Part shown: positions 9,951-18,804 of the stretch, piece by piece
Position numbering within the stretch: the first letter of the stretch is position 1
Layout of the letters: the number at the start of each line of letters is the position of its first letter
From: an uncultured Solirubrobacteraceae bacterium
GTDB lineage: Bacteria > Actinomycetota > Thermoleophilia > Solirubrobacterales > Solirubrobacteraceae
NCBI GenBank assembly: GCA_963721285.1
Contig: CAVRIN010000007.1
Coordinates: 244,873 to 308,872 of the forward strand
DNA length: 64,000 bases
Direction of reading: 5' to 3'
Translations under genes and position numbers: made by a program
Notes under the pieces: model-generated
What the model was told of the DNA's origin: nothing
The model's input: the letters and a program-made list of their open reading frames with translations, nothing else
Databases searched by the model: none

Positions 9951-11783
9951 ATGCCTCGCGCTCCGGACCTGGCGGGATCCGCGCTGGACGGCCGCTACGA
10001 GCTTCTCGAAGTGCTCGGAGAGGGCTCGTTCGGACGGGTCTATCGCGGCCGTGACCTGCGCCTCGGCCGCGTCGTCGCGGTCAAGGTGATCAAGCCCTGG
10101 TGGGCCGAGGACGAGGCCTGGGTAGAGCGCTTCGAGCGGGAGGCGCAGCTGCTGGCCCGTGTCAGCGACCCGGGCGTCGTGCGCATCTACGACATCGGCG
10201 AAGCCGACGAGGGTCCCTACTACGTCACCGAGCTCGTCGAGGGCGAGAGCCTCGCGGACCGCATCCAACGCGGCCCCCTGCCCGTCGAGGAGGCCCGTGG
10301 CATCGCCGAGCAGCTCTGCGCCGCGCTCGCCGGCGCCCACCGGGAGGGGGTCGTCCACTGCGACGTCAAGCCCGCCAACGTGCTGCTGGGCGAAGACGGC
10401 CGGGTCCGGGTCGGCGACTTCGGGGTGGCGCGACTTGCCGAGGGCACCTCGCAGCCGCTGTCCGCCACCGTCGCGGGAACGCCCCGTTACATGTCCCCCG
10501 AGCAGGCGCGCGGGCGGCCGACGAGCGCCGCCACCGACGTCTACAGCGCCGGGGTCGTGCTCTACGAGATGCTGACCGGCGAGCCGCCGTTCACCGACGG
10601 CTCCGTCGTCGAGCTGGGCCTGCGCCACCTCCAGGACCCTCCGCCGCCGCTGTCGGAGGGGGTGCCGGCGGAGCTGCGGGCGATCGTCGAGAAGGCGATG
10701 GCCAAGCGTCCCGCCGAGCGCTTCGCCGATGGCGGCGAGATGGAGCGCGCGCTGAGCGCCGCGCGCGGTGCGACGGCTGTGGCGGCAAAGGGGAAGCGCG
10801 CGACGCCAGCGCGGGCGCTCGTCCCGCGGGTTCCCGATCAGAGCGAGGAGACGGACGGCACGCGGCGACTCGATAGGGCTGCGCTGTCCACCCGCCCGCT
10901 CGACCGCGGCGCGCAGCGCACGCGCGTGCTCGGCGGGGCGCCGCCGGCTCCGCCGTCGATGGGTCCCCGCCGGCGCGGTGGCCCGAGTCGCCGCCGTGCG
11001 CTGATCGCGCTGGCCGTCGCCTTGGCGGGCGTCGTCGCCCTGGTGACGGTGCTGCTGATCACCTCCGGCGCCGCTCATACGACCGTCCCCGAACTGCGCA
11101 GGCTGCCCCGCGGGGGAGTGGAAGCGCGCGCCCGGCGGCTGCATGTGCGCCCGGTGTTCTCCGAGCGCCACTCCGAGGCCCCCGAGGGGATCGCGATCGC
11201 ACAGAGCCCGATCGCGGGCAGGCGCGTCGAGGAGGGCGCGACGGTGAGGGTCGTGCTCAGCTCGGGGCCGCCACCCGTGGCCGTTCCCGGCGTGGTGGGA
11301 AAGGCGGCCTCGACGGCGGAGGGCCTGATCGCGGACGCGGGCCTGCGTTACTCGCTCTCCCGGGTCCCCGCGCCGGGCTCGATGCCGGGCACGGTCATCA
11401 GGCAGTCGCCCGCGCCGCCGGCGAGCACACCACGCGGGTCGACCGTCGCGCTGTCCCTCGCTGAGACGCCCGAGTGGCGGACGCTTACGAGCTTCTCCGG
11501 GGAGGACGACGGGAGGTCAGTCCCCTTCCGCATCCTCGGCGATCGCTGGCGCGTCGTCTACGACATGAGCTTCAGCGGGACGTGCCTGCTGCTCGTGATC
11601 TGCGACGGCCCGAGCGCCGAGGCCCGCTCCCTGAGCGGCGGCGGCAGCGGGGGCAGCTTCGACCTCGGCGAGGGCGAAGGCCAGAGCCACGTCTTCACGA
11701 GCGGTCCCGGTCTGTACCGGCTCGAGGTCTCGGGCGGGCGGGACTCGGCACGCTGGAGGATGAGCGTGCAGGACTACTACTGA
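9951..11783 (+). CDS. Ser/Thr protein kinase with TM helix and two PASTA domains (PknB-like)
   Basis: LGEGSFGRVY, VAVK, HCDVKPANVL, GDFG, GTPRYMSPEQ; TM; VPELR/VPGVVG PASTA repeats; extra C-terminal beta domain. Confidence 0.92.
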   Translation: MPRAPDLAGSALDGRYELLEVLGEGSFGRVYRGRDLRLGRVVAVKVIKPWWAEDEAWVERFEREAQLLARVSDPGVVRIYDIGEADEGPYYVTELVEGESLADRIQRGPLPVEEARGIAEQLCAALAGAHREGVVHCDVKPANVLLGEDGRVRVGDFGVARLAEGTSQPLSATVAGTPRYMSPEQARGRPTSAATDVYSAGVVLYEMLTGEPPFTDGSVVELGLRHLQDPPPPLSEGVPAELRAIVEKAMAKRPAERFADGGEMERALSAARGATAVAAKGKRATPARALVPRVPDQSEETDGTRRLDRAALSTRPLDRGAQRTRVLGGAPPAPPSMGPRRRGGPSRRRALIALAVALAGVVALVTVLLITSGAAHTTVPELRRLPRGGVEARARRLHVRPVFSERHSEAPEGIAIAQSPIAGRRVEEGATVRVVLSSGPPPVAVPGVVGKAASTAEGLIADAGLRYSLSRVPAPGSMPGTVIRQSPAPPASTPRGSTVALSLAETPEWRTLTSFSGEDDGRSVPFRILGDRWRVVYDMSFSGTCLLLVICDGPSAEARSLSGGGSGGSFDLGEGEGQSHVFTSGPGLYRLEVSGGRDSARWRMSVQDYY

Positions 11784-11844
11784 GTTCGCTCAGTTGCGCT
11801 CAGTTACGGTCGAAATGCCCGGTTCGCTACCCACGGCGGGTACC
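11780..11844 (-). repeat. Cassette-end-like motif (GGTACC..GGTAGC repeat + CTGAG pentamers ~10 bp apart)
   Basis: + strand CTGAG 11780, CTCAG 11789 and 11799; GCTACC 11826 and GGTACC 11839; same layout as 17326-17381. Confidence 0.45.
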
Positions 11845-11849
11845 CGTCT

Positions 11850-12230
11850 CTAGCCGCCGGCCGCCGCGGCGGCCAGCTTGGTGAGCACCCCGGTCTGCCG
11901 CTCGAGCGTCTGCTGGTGGCCGTCGAGGGCATAGCGGTCGGCCAGCTCTCGGGGGTCGAGGTAGCCGACATGCGTCCCCTCGGGGTCCTGCCAGATCAGC
12001 ACTCGCAGCGGCAACTCGACGCCGACGCGGGGGTCGGCCTGCATCAGGGGGGTGCCGACGCCCGGGTTGCCGAAGATCAGCAGGACGTTGGCTTCCAGCT
12101 CGACATCGGCTTTGCGGGCGCCGGCCGCATGGTCGATGCGCGCGAACAGCTGGAGGCCGTGCGCGTCAAGTGCCTCGCGCAGCCGTGCCTCGACTTCGTC
12201 GGCATCGCCGCTGGCGGTCAACTCGACCAT
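11850..12230 (-). CDS. DUF302-family protein
   Basis: FARIDHAAGA, LLIFGNP, GTPLMQ, ELPLRVLIW. Confidence 0.88.
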   Translation of the reverse strand: MVELTASGDADEVEARLREALDAHGLQLFARIDHAAGARKADVELEANVLLIFGNPGVGTPLMQADPRVGVELPLRVLIWQDPEGTHVGYLDPRELADRYALDGHQQTLERQTGVLTKLAAAAAGG

Positions 12231-12298
12231 GTGCGTGTTTTATCCGGTCGGGGACCTGTTCGGGACCTTTTTCCTCCTGGTGGAACCCCGACAGCGCG

Positions 12299-12324
12299 GA
12301 AACCCCCGGCGCGGCAGGGCTTTC
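12299..12324 (-). terminator. Putative intrinsic terminator after tRNA-Cys
   Basis: Minus strand gaaagccctgcc-gcgc-cgggggtttcc imperfect hairpin directly 3' of the tRNA. Confidence 0.45.
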
Positions 12325-12329
12325 GTAAG

Positions 12330-12400
12330 AGGCGACGACCGGAATCGAACCGGTGTAGACGGCTTTGCAGGCCGCTGCGTAGCCACTCCGCCACGTCGCC
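12330..12400 (-). tRNA. tRNA-Cys(GCA)
   Basis: Reverse complement GGCGACG..GGCGGAGTGGCTACGC..GCGGC-CTGCAAA-GCCGT..CCGG-TTCGATT-CCGG-TCGTCGCC-T folds as a cloverleaf; CCA not encoded. Confidence 0.95.
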
Positions 12401-12529
12401 GGGTTGGGCCATAAGCGTATCGGGAGGCTCTTCGCGACCCGGCGGCCGGCGGCCCAGAGGAGCCCATCGCCGTGCGCGTAGCGGGGCGGCTCGACCGCGA
12501 ACGGGCCGGTCCGGATTCAGACCGTTGGA

Positions 12530-12558
12530 TTGACAGCGGGGGCCCGCACCGTTACCTT
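12530..12558 (+). promoter_or_regulatory. Sigma70/SigA-type promoter
   Basis: TTGACA (12530-35), 17-bp spacer, TACCTT (12553-58) upstream of secreted-protein gene. Confidence 0.6.
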
Positions 12559-12701
12559 CCGCACCGCAGAGGGGCTGGTTCGGAGGCGGCGTATCGCGCT
12601 TGCGCGGGGTGCATCCCTGGGCGGCTCCTGATGACCATGACCCTGGAGGGGGTCGCGGCCGGGTGGATGCCCGGCTGCAACGACAAGGAATGGAGTCAGA
12701 T

Positions 12702-13478
12702 ATGGATGCAAAGCCCCGGAGGGCGATCGGCGCTGTCTTCGCGCTGCTGGCCGTCACGGCACTCACGGCGATCGGCGCAGGCACGGCCGGCGCCGAAACC
12801 GTCTACAACAACGTCCCGAGCATGCTGCCGGGCAACTTCGCCTCGATCGGCCTCGCGGCGACCTCGTCGACCGAATTCGGCGGTGAGATCGAACTGGCCG
12901 GGACGGCGCGCTCGCAGCCGACGGTCACCGTCGTCATGAGCAGCTGGGCGTGTGAAACGGGCGGCGTGTACGAAGGCACGTGTAAAACCGCGAAGCCGAT
13001 GAAGGGCTTCAAGGTCCCGGTTACCGTTCGGGTCTACTCGGTCGGTGAACTCGAAGAGGGCCCGATCGCCGAAAAGACCAAGACCGTGAAGATGTTCTAT
13101 AGGCCGTCGTCGAACCCTGAAAAATGCGACACGACGACGTGGTACGACGCCGCGGACGCAGCCTGCTACCACGGGTTTGCGTTCCCGATCGCGATCAAGC
13201 TCGGCAAGCTCAAGAAAATGCCGAAGCGTTCGGTGATCACGGTCGCCTACCCGCACTCGAGCGGTCCGGCGCAGTCGCTGAACGTCGCGACCAGCGAACC
13301 GTCTGAAGGGACGCTGTCGCTCGGCGCCCAGCCGGTCGAAGAATGGTTCGTCAACTCGACCTGGTCCGGCATGTACTGCACGGGGACCGTCGGCACCCTC
13401 GGCCCCGAGGGGGGTAGCTGCTCGACGGAGTCCGAAGGAACCAACTACCAGCCGGTGTTCGCCGTCAGCGCCAACTAG
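12702..13478 (+). CDS. Secreted hypothetical protein with paired cysteines
   Basis: RBS upstream; signal peptide MDAKPRRAIGAVFALLAVTALTAIGAGTAGA-E; six Cys in the mature part. Confidence 0.75.
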   Translation: MDAKPRRAIGAVFALLAVTALTAIGAGTAGAETVYNNVPSMLPGNFASIGLAATSSTEFGGEIELAGTARSQPTVTVVMSSWACETGGVYEGTCKTAKPMKGFKVPVTVRVYSVGELEEGPIAEKTKTVKMFYRPSSNPEKCDTTTWYDAADAACYHGFAFPIAIKLGKLKKMPKRSVITVAYPHSSGPAQSLNVATSEPSEGTLSLGAQPVEEWFVNSTWSGMYCTGTVGTLGPEGGSCSTESEGTNYQPVFAVSAN

Positions 13479-13510
13479 GCGCCCAAGGCGGCTCCCGCAG
13501 AGGGGTAGCG

Positions 13511-13542
13511 AAGGCCCCGTCCCACGCGTGGGACGGGGCCTT
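13511..13542. terminator. Perfect 32-bp palindrome, probable terminator
   Basis: aaggccccgtccca-cgcg-tgggacggggcctt downstream of 13478 stop. Confidence 0.7.
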
Positions 13543-13580
13543 CTATCGTCTGCGGCGTCCCTCGCGGGTAGGGGTTACAT

Positions 13581-15110
13581 GTGGATGAGCAGGTCCAAGC
13601 CGATCGGGTCGGCGGTACAGGCGGTGGTTTGACGTCGGCGCTAGCCCGCGTGGACGGCTGGGTGGGAGGCGCAGTCGAGGCCGGCGTTCGCGCGCGTCAT
13701 GGCCGCCGGCTTGCCCGCCTGGGCCGCTGCGCGCAGCTCGATCCCCCGGATGACGGGTCGCTGTGGGCGGCCGGCGAGCCGCCGCCCAGACAGCGGTCCG
13801 AGCTGGAGCTGCTGATCGACGGCGAGCAGGCTCTCGCACGGATCGCGGCGGCGCTCGAATCGGCGCGCTCGCAGGTCCACATCGCCGGCTGGCACATCAC
13901 GCCGGACTTCGGCTTGCGGCGCGACCCGGAGACGATACGGCTGCGCGAGCTGCTCGGCGATCTCGCCGAGCGGCTCGAGGTCAAGGTGCTGCTCTGGGCG
14001 GGCGCGCCGATGCGCATGTTCACGCCGAACCGCGCGCAGGTGCGCGAGGCCCGAAGCAAGCTGATCCAGGGCACCGCAATCCGATGTGCGCTCGACTCCC
14101 ACGAGCGGCCGATGCATTGCCACCACGAGAAGCTCGTGATCGTCGACGACGAGGTCGCGTTCGTCGGCGGCATCGACCTGACGACGCTCGGGGGCGATCG
14201 CCTCGACACCCCCCAGCACCCGATGCGTTCGCGGCTCGGCTGGCACGACGCGGCTGCGCGGCTGCGCGGGCCGGCGGTGGGCGACGTCGCCGCCCACTTC
14301 GCCGAGCGGTGGCGGGAAGCCGCAGGGGAGGAGGTGCCGTCGCCGGCGGCGGGCGCTGGGCCTCGCGCCGTGCCCGCCGCGGAATCCAGTGCGGCCGGGG
14401 CGCACGTCGTTCAGGTCGCCCGAACGGTGCCCGAGCGCATCTACGACTTCGCGCCGCGGGGCGAGTTCCGGATCCTCGAGGCCTACCGGCGTGCGCTGCG
14501 CTCCGCGCGGCGACTGATCTACATCGAGAACCAGTTCCTGTGGTCGCCGCACATCGTGGAGATCCTCGCTGAGAAGCTGCGTCACCCACCCGACGAGCGC
14601 TTCCGCCTGCTCGTGCTCCTGCCGGCCAAACCGAACAACGGGGCCGACTCGACTCGCGGTCAGCTCGGCGTCCTCGCCGACGCCGACGCGGATGGGCACC
14701 GCTTCCTGGCGGCGACGGTCTCCGCCCGCACGGGCGGCTTGACGTCGCCGCTTTACGTCCACGCCAAGATCGCGATCGTCGACGACAGATGGCTGACGGT
14801 CGGCTCGGCCAACCTAAACGACCATTCGCTGTTCAACGACACCGAGATGAACGTGGTCTGCTGCGATGAGGAGCTCGCCCGTGAGGCGCGGCTGCGGCTG
14901 TGGTCCGAGCACCTCGAGCTCCCGCGCGAGGAGGTCGGCGGAGACCCGGCAGACGTGATCGACCAGGTGTGGCGGCCGCTTGCCAAGGAGGAGCTGGAGC
15001 GCCGCCGGCGCCGCGAGCCGGCGCAGCGGCGGCTCGTCGAGCTGCCCGGCGTGTCCCGGCGTTCGAAGGCCTTGCTCGGCCCGCTCGACGCGCTCGTGGT
15101 CGACGGCTGA
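13581..15110 (+). CDS. Phospholipase D family protein
   Basis: Two HKD motifs HHEKLVIVDD...GGIDL and YVHAKIAIVDD...GSANLN; IYIENQF. Confidence 0.92.
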   Translation: MDEQVQADRVGGTGGGLTSALARVDGWVGGAVEAGVRARHGRRLARLGRCAQLDPPDDGSLWAAGEPPPRQRSELELLIDGEQALARIAAALESARSQVHIAGWHITPDFGLRRDPETIRLRELLGDLAERLEVKVLLWAGAPMRMFTPNRAQVREARSKLIQGTAIRCALDSHERPMHCHHEKLVIVDDEVAFVGGIDLTTLGGDRLDTPQHPMRSRLGWHDAAARLRGPAVGDVAAHFAERWREAAGEEVPSPAAGAGPRAVPAAESSAAGAHVVQVARTVPERIYDFAPRGEFRILEAYRRALRSARRLIYIENQFLWSPHIVEILAEKLRHPPDERFRLLVLLPAKPNNGADSTRGQLGVLADADADGHRFLAATVSARTGGLTSPLYVHAKIAIVDDRWLTVGSANLNDHSLFNDTEMNVVCCDEELAREARLRLWSEHLELPREEVGGDPADVIDQVWRPLAKEELERRRRREPAQRRLVELPGVSRRSKALLGPLDALVVDG

Positions 15111-15147
15111 CCCCCATCGTCCCGTTGATACCCTTGGCTCCTTCCCG

Positions 15148-15220
15148 GGGCGATTAGCTCAGCTGGGAGAGCGCCGCCTCGACAAGGCGGAGGTCACTGG
15201 TTCGAGCCCAGTATCGCCCA
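15148..15220 (+). tRNA. tRNA-Val(GAC)
   Basis: GGGCGAT-TA-GCTC-AGCTGGGA-GAGC-G-CCGCC-TCGACAA-GGCGG-AGGTC-ACTGG-TTCGAGC-CCAGT-ATCGCCC-A cloverleaf. Confidence 0.93.
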
Positions 15221-15422
15221 CTACAGAAGCCCCCCGTGTCCGCAACGGGCAGATCGCGCACTCCGATGCCCAGGCTTGATTCGACGTGGCGCCCGGGGCC
15301 AACGGCGTGGCCGAATTCGCGCGCACTTCGGTGTGGCAGACTTCGCGCTCGCTCATGAGCTCCCCGTCGGTCCCATCCCACCCGGCGACCTCGCCGATTC
15401 CCCGCTCCGGCCGGTTTCGGCC

Positions 15423-17096
15423 GTGGTGACCGCGGAGGAGATCGCGGCGGTCCAGATCCTGGGGGCTCTCGAGGAGGAGGAGCGCGAGCGCCTCTCCCGT
15501 TCGGCGGCGGACATCCACCTCGTGCCGGGCGAGTTCGCCGTCAACGAAGGAGACGAACGGGCACTGTTCGCGGTCCTCGACGGGCACATCGAGGTCGTCA
15601 GGGTCATCGACGGCATCGAGCGCGTGATCGGAAAGCGCCGCCCGGGCGACGTCTTCGGCGAGGTCCCGATCACGCTCGGGACCGGGTTCCCCGGCGCGTA
15701 CCGGGCTGTCGAGCCGACGCGGGTGATGCGGATCGACGTGCACAGCTACAACGCGGCCGTCGCCTCCTCGCCCGACGTCGGCGTCGAGATCGCGAGGCTC
15801 GCGCGGACGCGGATCGGAGGGCTCCAGGGGCTCGCCGCCGACCCGCCGCCGCCCCGCGCGATCGTCGTGGGTCACAAGTGGGATCCCGCCACCACGGCCC
15901 TGCGCCAGTTCCTCGACCGCAACCAGGTCAGCTTCAGCTGGCTGGTGCCGGACGATCCCGAGGCCGAGCAGGAGTGGGGCGGGCCGCTGCCCGCCGGCGA
16001 CGATTGTCCGACGGTCCGCGTCGTGGACGGCAAGACGGTCGTTCGGCCGCAGCTCAGGCGCGTGGCCGAACTGCTCGGCCTACCCACGGAGGCGGCGCAC
16101 GCCGAGTACGACGTGGTGATCGTCGGCGCGGGGCCTGCGGGCCTGGCCGCGGCGGTCTACGGCGCGTCGGAGGGGCTGCGAACGATCGTCATCGAGCGCG
16201 AGGCCCCGGGCGGGCAGGCCGGGACCTCGTCGCGGATCGAGAATTATCTCGGCTTCCCGTCTGGCGTCTCGGGCGACGAGCTCGCGGGGCGAGCTCTACA
16301 GCAGGCACGGCGGCTCGGCGCGGAGATACTCGTCACCCGCTCGATCACAAGGATCGACACGGCCACGCATCAGGTCCACCTAGACGAAGGCGACATCCTG
16401 AAGGCGCAGGCGATCATCCTCGCGTGCGGCGTCTCCTGGCGGCGGCTGCCGATCGATGGCTTCGACCGGCTGACCGGCAAGGGCGTCTCCTACGGCGCCG
16501 CCCGAAGCGAAGCCTCGAACACCCACGGGCTCGACATCCACATCGTCGGAGCCGGCAACTCGGCGGGGCAGGCCGCGCTGTTCTTCTCGACCCACGCGCG
16601 CAGCGTGACGATCCTCTGCCGCGGCGAGTCGCTTGAGAAGAGCATGTCGAGCTACCTGGTCGAGCAGCTCGCGACGCGGGCGAACATCGAGGTGATGTTC
16701 CAAACCGAGGTGGCCGCCGTGCACGGAGAGCAGACCCTCGAGGCGGTCGCGGTCCGGAGCTCCGCGACCGGGGAGAGCGCACTGCTCGAGTCTGGCGGGC
16801 TGTTCATCTTCATCGGCGCCGACGCTGAGACGGGGTGGCTGCCGCCCGAGATCGCCCTCGACGAGAAGGGGTTCGTGCTGACGGGGCCCGACGTGCGCGC
16901 CGCCGGGCGCTGGAGCTCAGACCGCGACCCGTACCTGCTGGAGACCAACGCTACGGGCGTCTTCGCCTGCGGCGACGTGCGGCATGGCCCCGTGAAGCGA
17001 GTCGCCGCAGCTGTCGGCGAGGGGAGCATGGCGATCGCCTTCGTTCATCAATACCTGCGGGAAGCGAGCCCTCAGCTCGACGGACACCTGTCCTGA
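15423..17096 (+). CDS. cNMP-binding domain + thioredoxin-reductase-like FAD oxidoreductase
   Basis: N-terminal GDVFGEV cNMP domain; [55 protein letters not shown]; no CxxC (GVSYGAA). Confidence 0.88.
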   Translation: MVTAEEIAAVQILGALEEEERERLSRSAADIHLVPGEFAVNEGDERALFAVLDGHIEVVRVIDGIERVIGKRRPGDVFGEVPITLGTGFPGAYRAVEPTRVMRIDVHSYNAAVASSPDVGVEIARLARTRIGGLQGLAADPPPPRAIVVGHKWDPATTALRQFLDRNQVSFSWLVPDDPEAEQEWGGPLPAGDDCPTVRVVDGKTVVRPQLRRVAELLGLPTEAAHAEYDVVIVGAGPAGLAAAVYGASEGLRTIVIEREAPGGQAGTSSRIENYLGFPSGVSGDELAGRALQQARRLGAEILVTRSITRIDTATHQVHLDEGDILKAQAIILACGVSWRRLPIDGFDRLTGKGVSYGAARSEASNTHGLDIHIVGAGNSAGQAALFFSTHARSVTILCRGESLEKSMSSYLVEQLATRANIEVMFQTEVAAVHGEQTLEAVAVRSSATGESALLESGGLFIFIGADAETGWLPPEIALDEKGFVLTGPDVRAAGRWSSDRDPYLLETNATGVFACGDVRHGPVKRVAAAVGEGSMAIAFVHQYLREASPQLDGHLS

Positions 17097-17325
17097 CGGA
17101 GCCGCGCGCCCGAGCGCGATCACAGCGATCTCCCGTTGCTGAAAGCCCCGCTCTACACCGGCCGCAGCTCGCCGGCCGTCAGCCGGTCGCGCAGCACGAA
17201 CTTCTGGAACACGCGCAACGCGATCTCTTGGTCGCGTGGCAACAGCCGACCAATCTCAGGCGCGACGACCGACACCGCACACCCCCCTCACAAGGACTAG
17301 CGCGCACTGAGCCGGCAACCCTGGT

Positions 17326-17449
17326 GGTACTACGCGGGGTACCAGCTTGAGCGAGTCTCAGGTGATCTCAGAGCACCTCAGAGCAGCCACCACGGTCGTG
17401 CGAGTCTGAGCTGAACGCCAGGTCCGGCTTCGAGCCCAGTATCGCCCAC
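17326..17449 (+). repeat. att-like copy 1 of tRNA-Val 3' end with upstream accessory repeats
   Basis: TTCGAGCCCAGTATCGCCCAC at 17429-17449 is identical to 15201-15221; GGTAC at 17326/17338; TTGAG/CTCAG at 17347, 17357, 17367, 17377. Confidence 0.85.
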
Positions 17450-17770
17450 CTCACAAGACCCCTGCTGTACGCGAGCGTCACCTTGAGGCGTGTCGGCGCT
17501 TCTTCATCGCCGCCCAGGAATTGTAATTTCAGCGGCTGCTTGACGGCCTGCTGCTGCACGACACATCGGCTCCGCCTATGGCACGACAGAAATCGATATG
17601 CGAGTTACGGTCAATTCGCTTGACCCCTATTAGGTCAGGTGGTTTGATCGACATCACCGTCGGGGCCTCCGACGGCGATGGGTAATGCAGACTCTTGGGC
17701 GGGGGGGCACCGGCGGGTTGAACGCCGAGGATGTGGCGTCCCGCGGCCTGGAACGAACGGAGGGGAAGCA

Positions 17771-18190
17771 ATGACTGGAAGGATTCCTGCCAGAGCCGCG
17801 AGGTTGGCTGTCGCGCTACTCGCGTCAATCGCATTGGTGGCAGTCGCGGCCGGCACGGCAAGCGCAGCCGGGACAAAAACGCCATTTGAAGCAAGCTATG
17901 AATTCACGGGTCTTACGGGAGGCGGCTTCGGCGCAGTTCACTGCGTAGGGACGCGTCAGGTCAACCCGAACTTCGCCAAAAAAGGCTGGCCGACCGCAAC
18001 TCGGGACGTCCAGCGATGCACGAGCACCGACCCCTCCGGCAAACTCATCGCTTTGACAGGCGGCGAAACCGGCACGTGGTTCCCCGGTGCGAACGGCTGG
18101 AACTCTGACTACGACGCTGCCGCTGCCGTCAGCGCGGCGTACAAGGTGTCGGGTAGCGACAAGAAGTTCAAGATCGTCGCCTATTACTAA
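17771..18190 (+). CDS. Small secreted hypothetical protein
   Basis: GGAGGGG RBS; signal peptide ...LAVALLASIALVAVAAGTASA-A; lower GC; two Cys. Confidence 0.75.
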   Translation: MTGRIPARAARLAVALLASIALVAVAAGTASAAGTKTPFEASYEFTGLTGGGFGAVHCVGTRQVNPNFAKKGWPTATRDVQRCTSTDPSGKLIALTGGETGTWFPGANGWNSDYDAAAAVSAAYKVSGSDKKFKIVAYY

Positions 18191-18426
18191 GCCGGTCTGA
18201 TCGTCGGCTGACTCTATTTCGGCCGCAAGAGGCTGTGGGGCGCACCGTGCGAGGGCACCCCACAGCCTCACCTTTCACATCTGCGACACTCGCCCGCGTA
18301 TAGGGGGGCGAAGGTCGGGATCGAGGAGTCACGCCAGATGCCGATCTTGACGGTTACCTGCGCTCGCACCCAAGGACGCGGGCGGACACCCGGGCACGAA
18401 GCGCCCGTTCGTTGACGCGGGCGAAA

Positions 18427-18530
18427 GTCACAATCCGGGTCACATCCTGAGTGAAGCTGCGACCACCTGAGGGCACTCAGGGTGCCGGGGAGCACCGTGC
18501 CTACGCGAGTTCGAGCCGCGTATCGCCTAC
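18427..18530 (+). repeat. att-like copy 2 of tRNA-Val 3' end with upstream accessory repeats
   Basis: GTTCGAGCCGCGTATCGCCTAC 18509-18530; GTCACA at 18427/18439; CTGAG/CTGCG/CTGAG/CTCAG at 18447, 18457, 18467, 18476; followed by CTCACAAAACCCCTGCT like copy 1. Confidence 0.75.
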
Positions 18531-18535
18531 CTCAC

Positions 18536-18562
18536 AAAACCCCTGCTAACGCGGGGGTTTTT
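18536..18562 (+). terminator. Intrinsic terminator after att-like copy 2
   Basis: aaaacccctgc-taac-gcgggggttttt hairpin with T tract. Confidence 0.7.
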
Positions 18563-18804
18563 GTTTGCGGGCTCCCGGATAGAGCGGGGGAGGGAGTTGG
18601 CCCGCCGCTGCGGCACGGAGGCTTGGGCTGGCGCCGACGTGCACACCCGGCCGCTTGGGCGTCCGCGGCACCGCGGTCCCCCTGCGCGGACGCATCACCG
18701 GCTGCGACCTTCGGAGGCGACACTCAAGCAAGTGCGACGGACGCGTCGGGGTGTCGCGTAGACTGCGCGGCCGAGGAGGGGCACATGGAGTGGAGCATCA
18801 AGGA

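Noticed and set aside
17150-17290. Minus-strand FQKFVLRDRLTAGELRPV*, like an acyl-CoA synthetase C-terminus
   Set aside because: Too short to support; at best a relic
17341-17390. CRISPR-like periodicity
   Set aside because: Units are 5-bp motifs at a 10-bp period with no repeat-spacer structure and no cas genes
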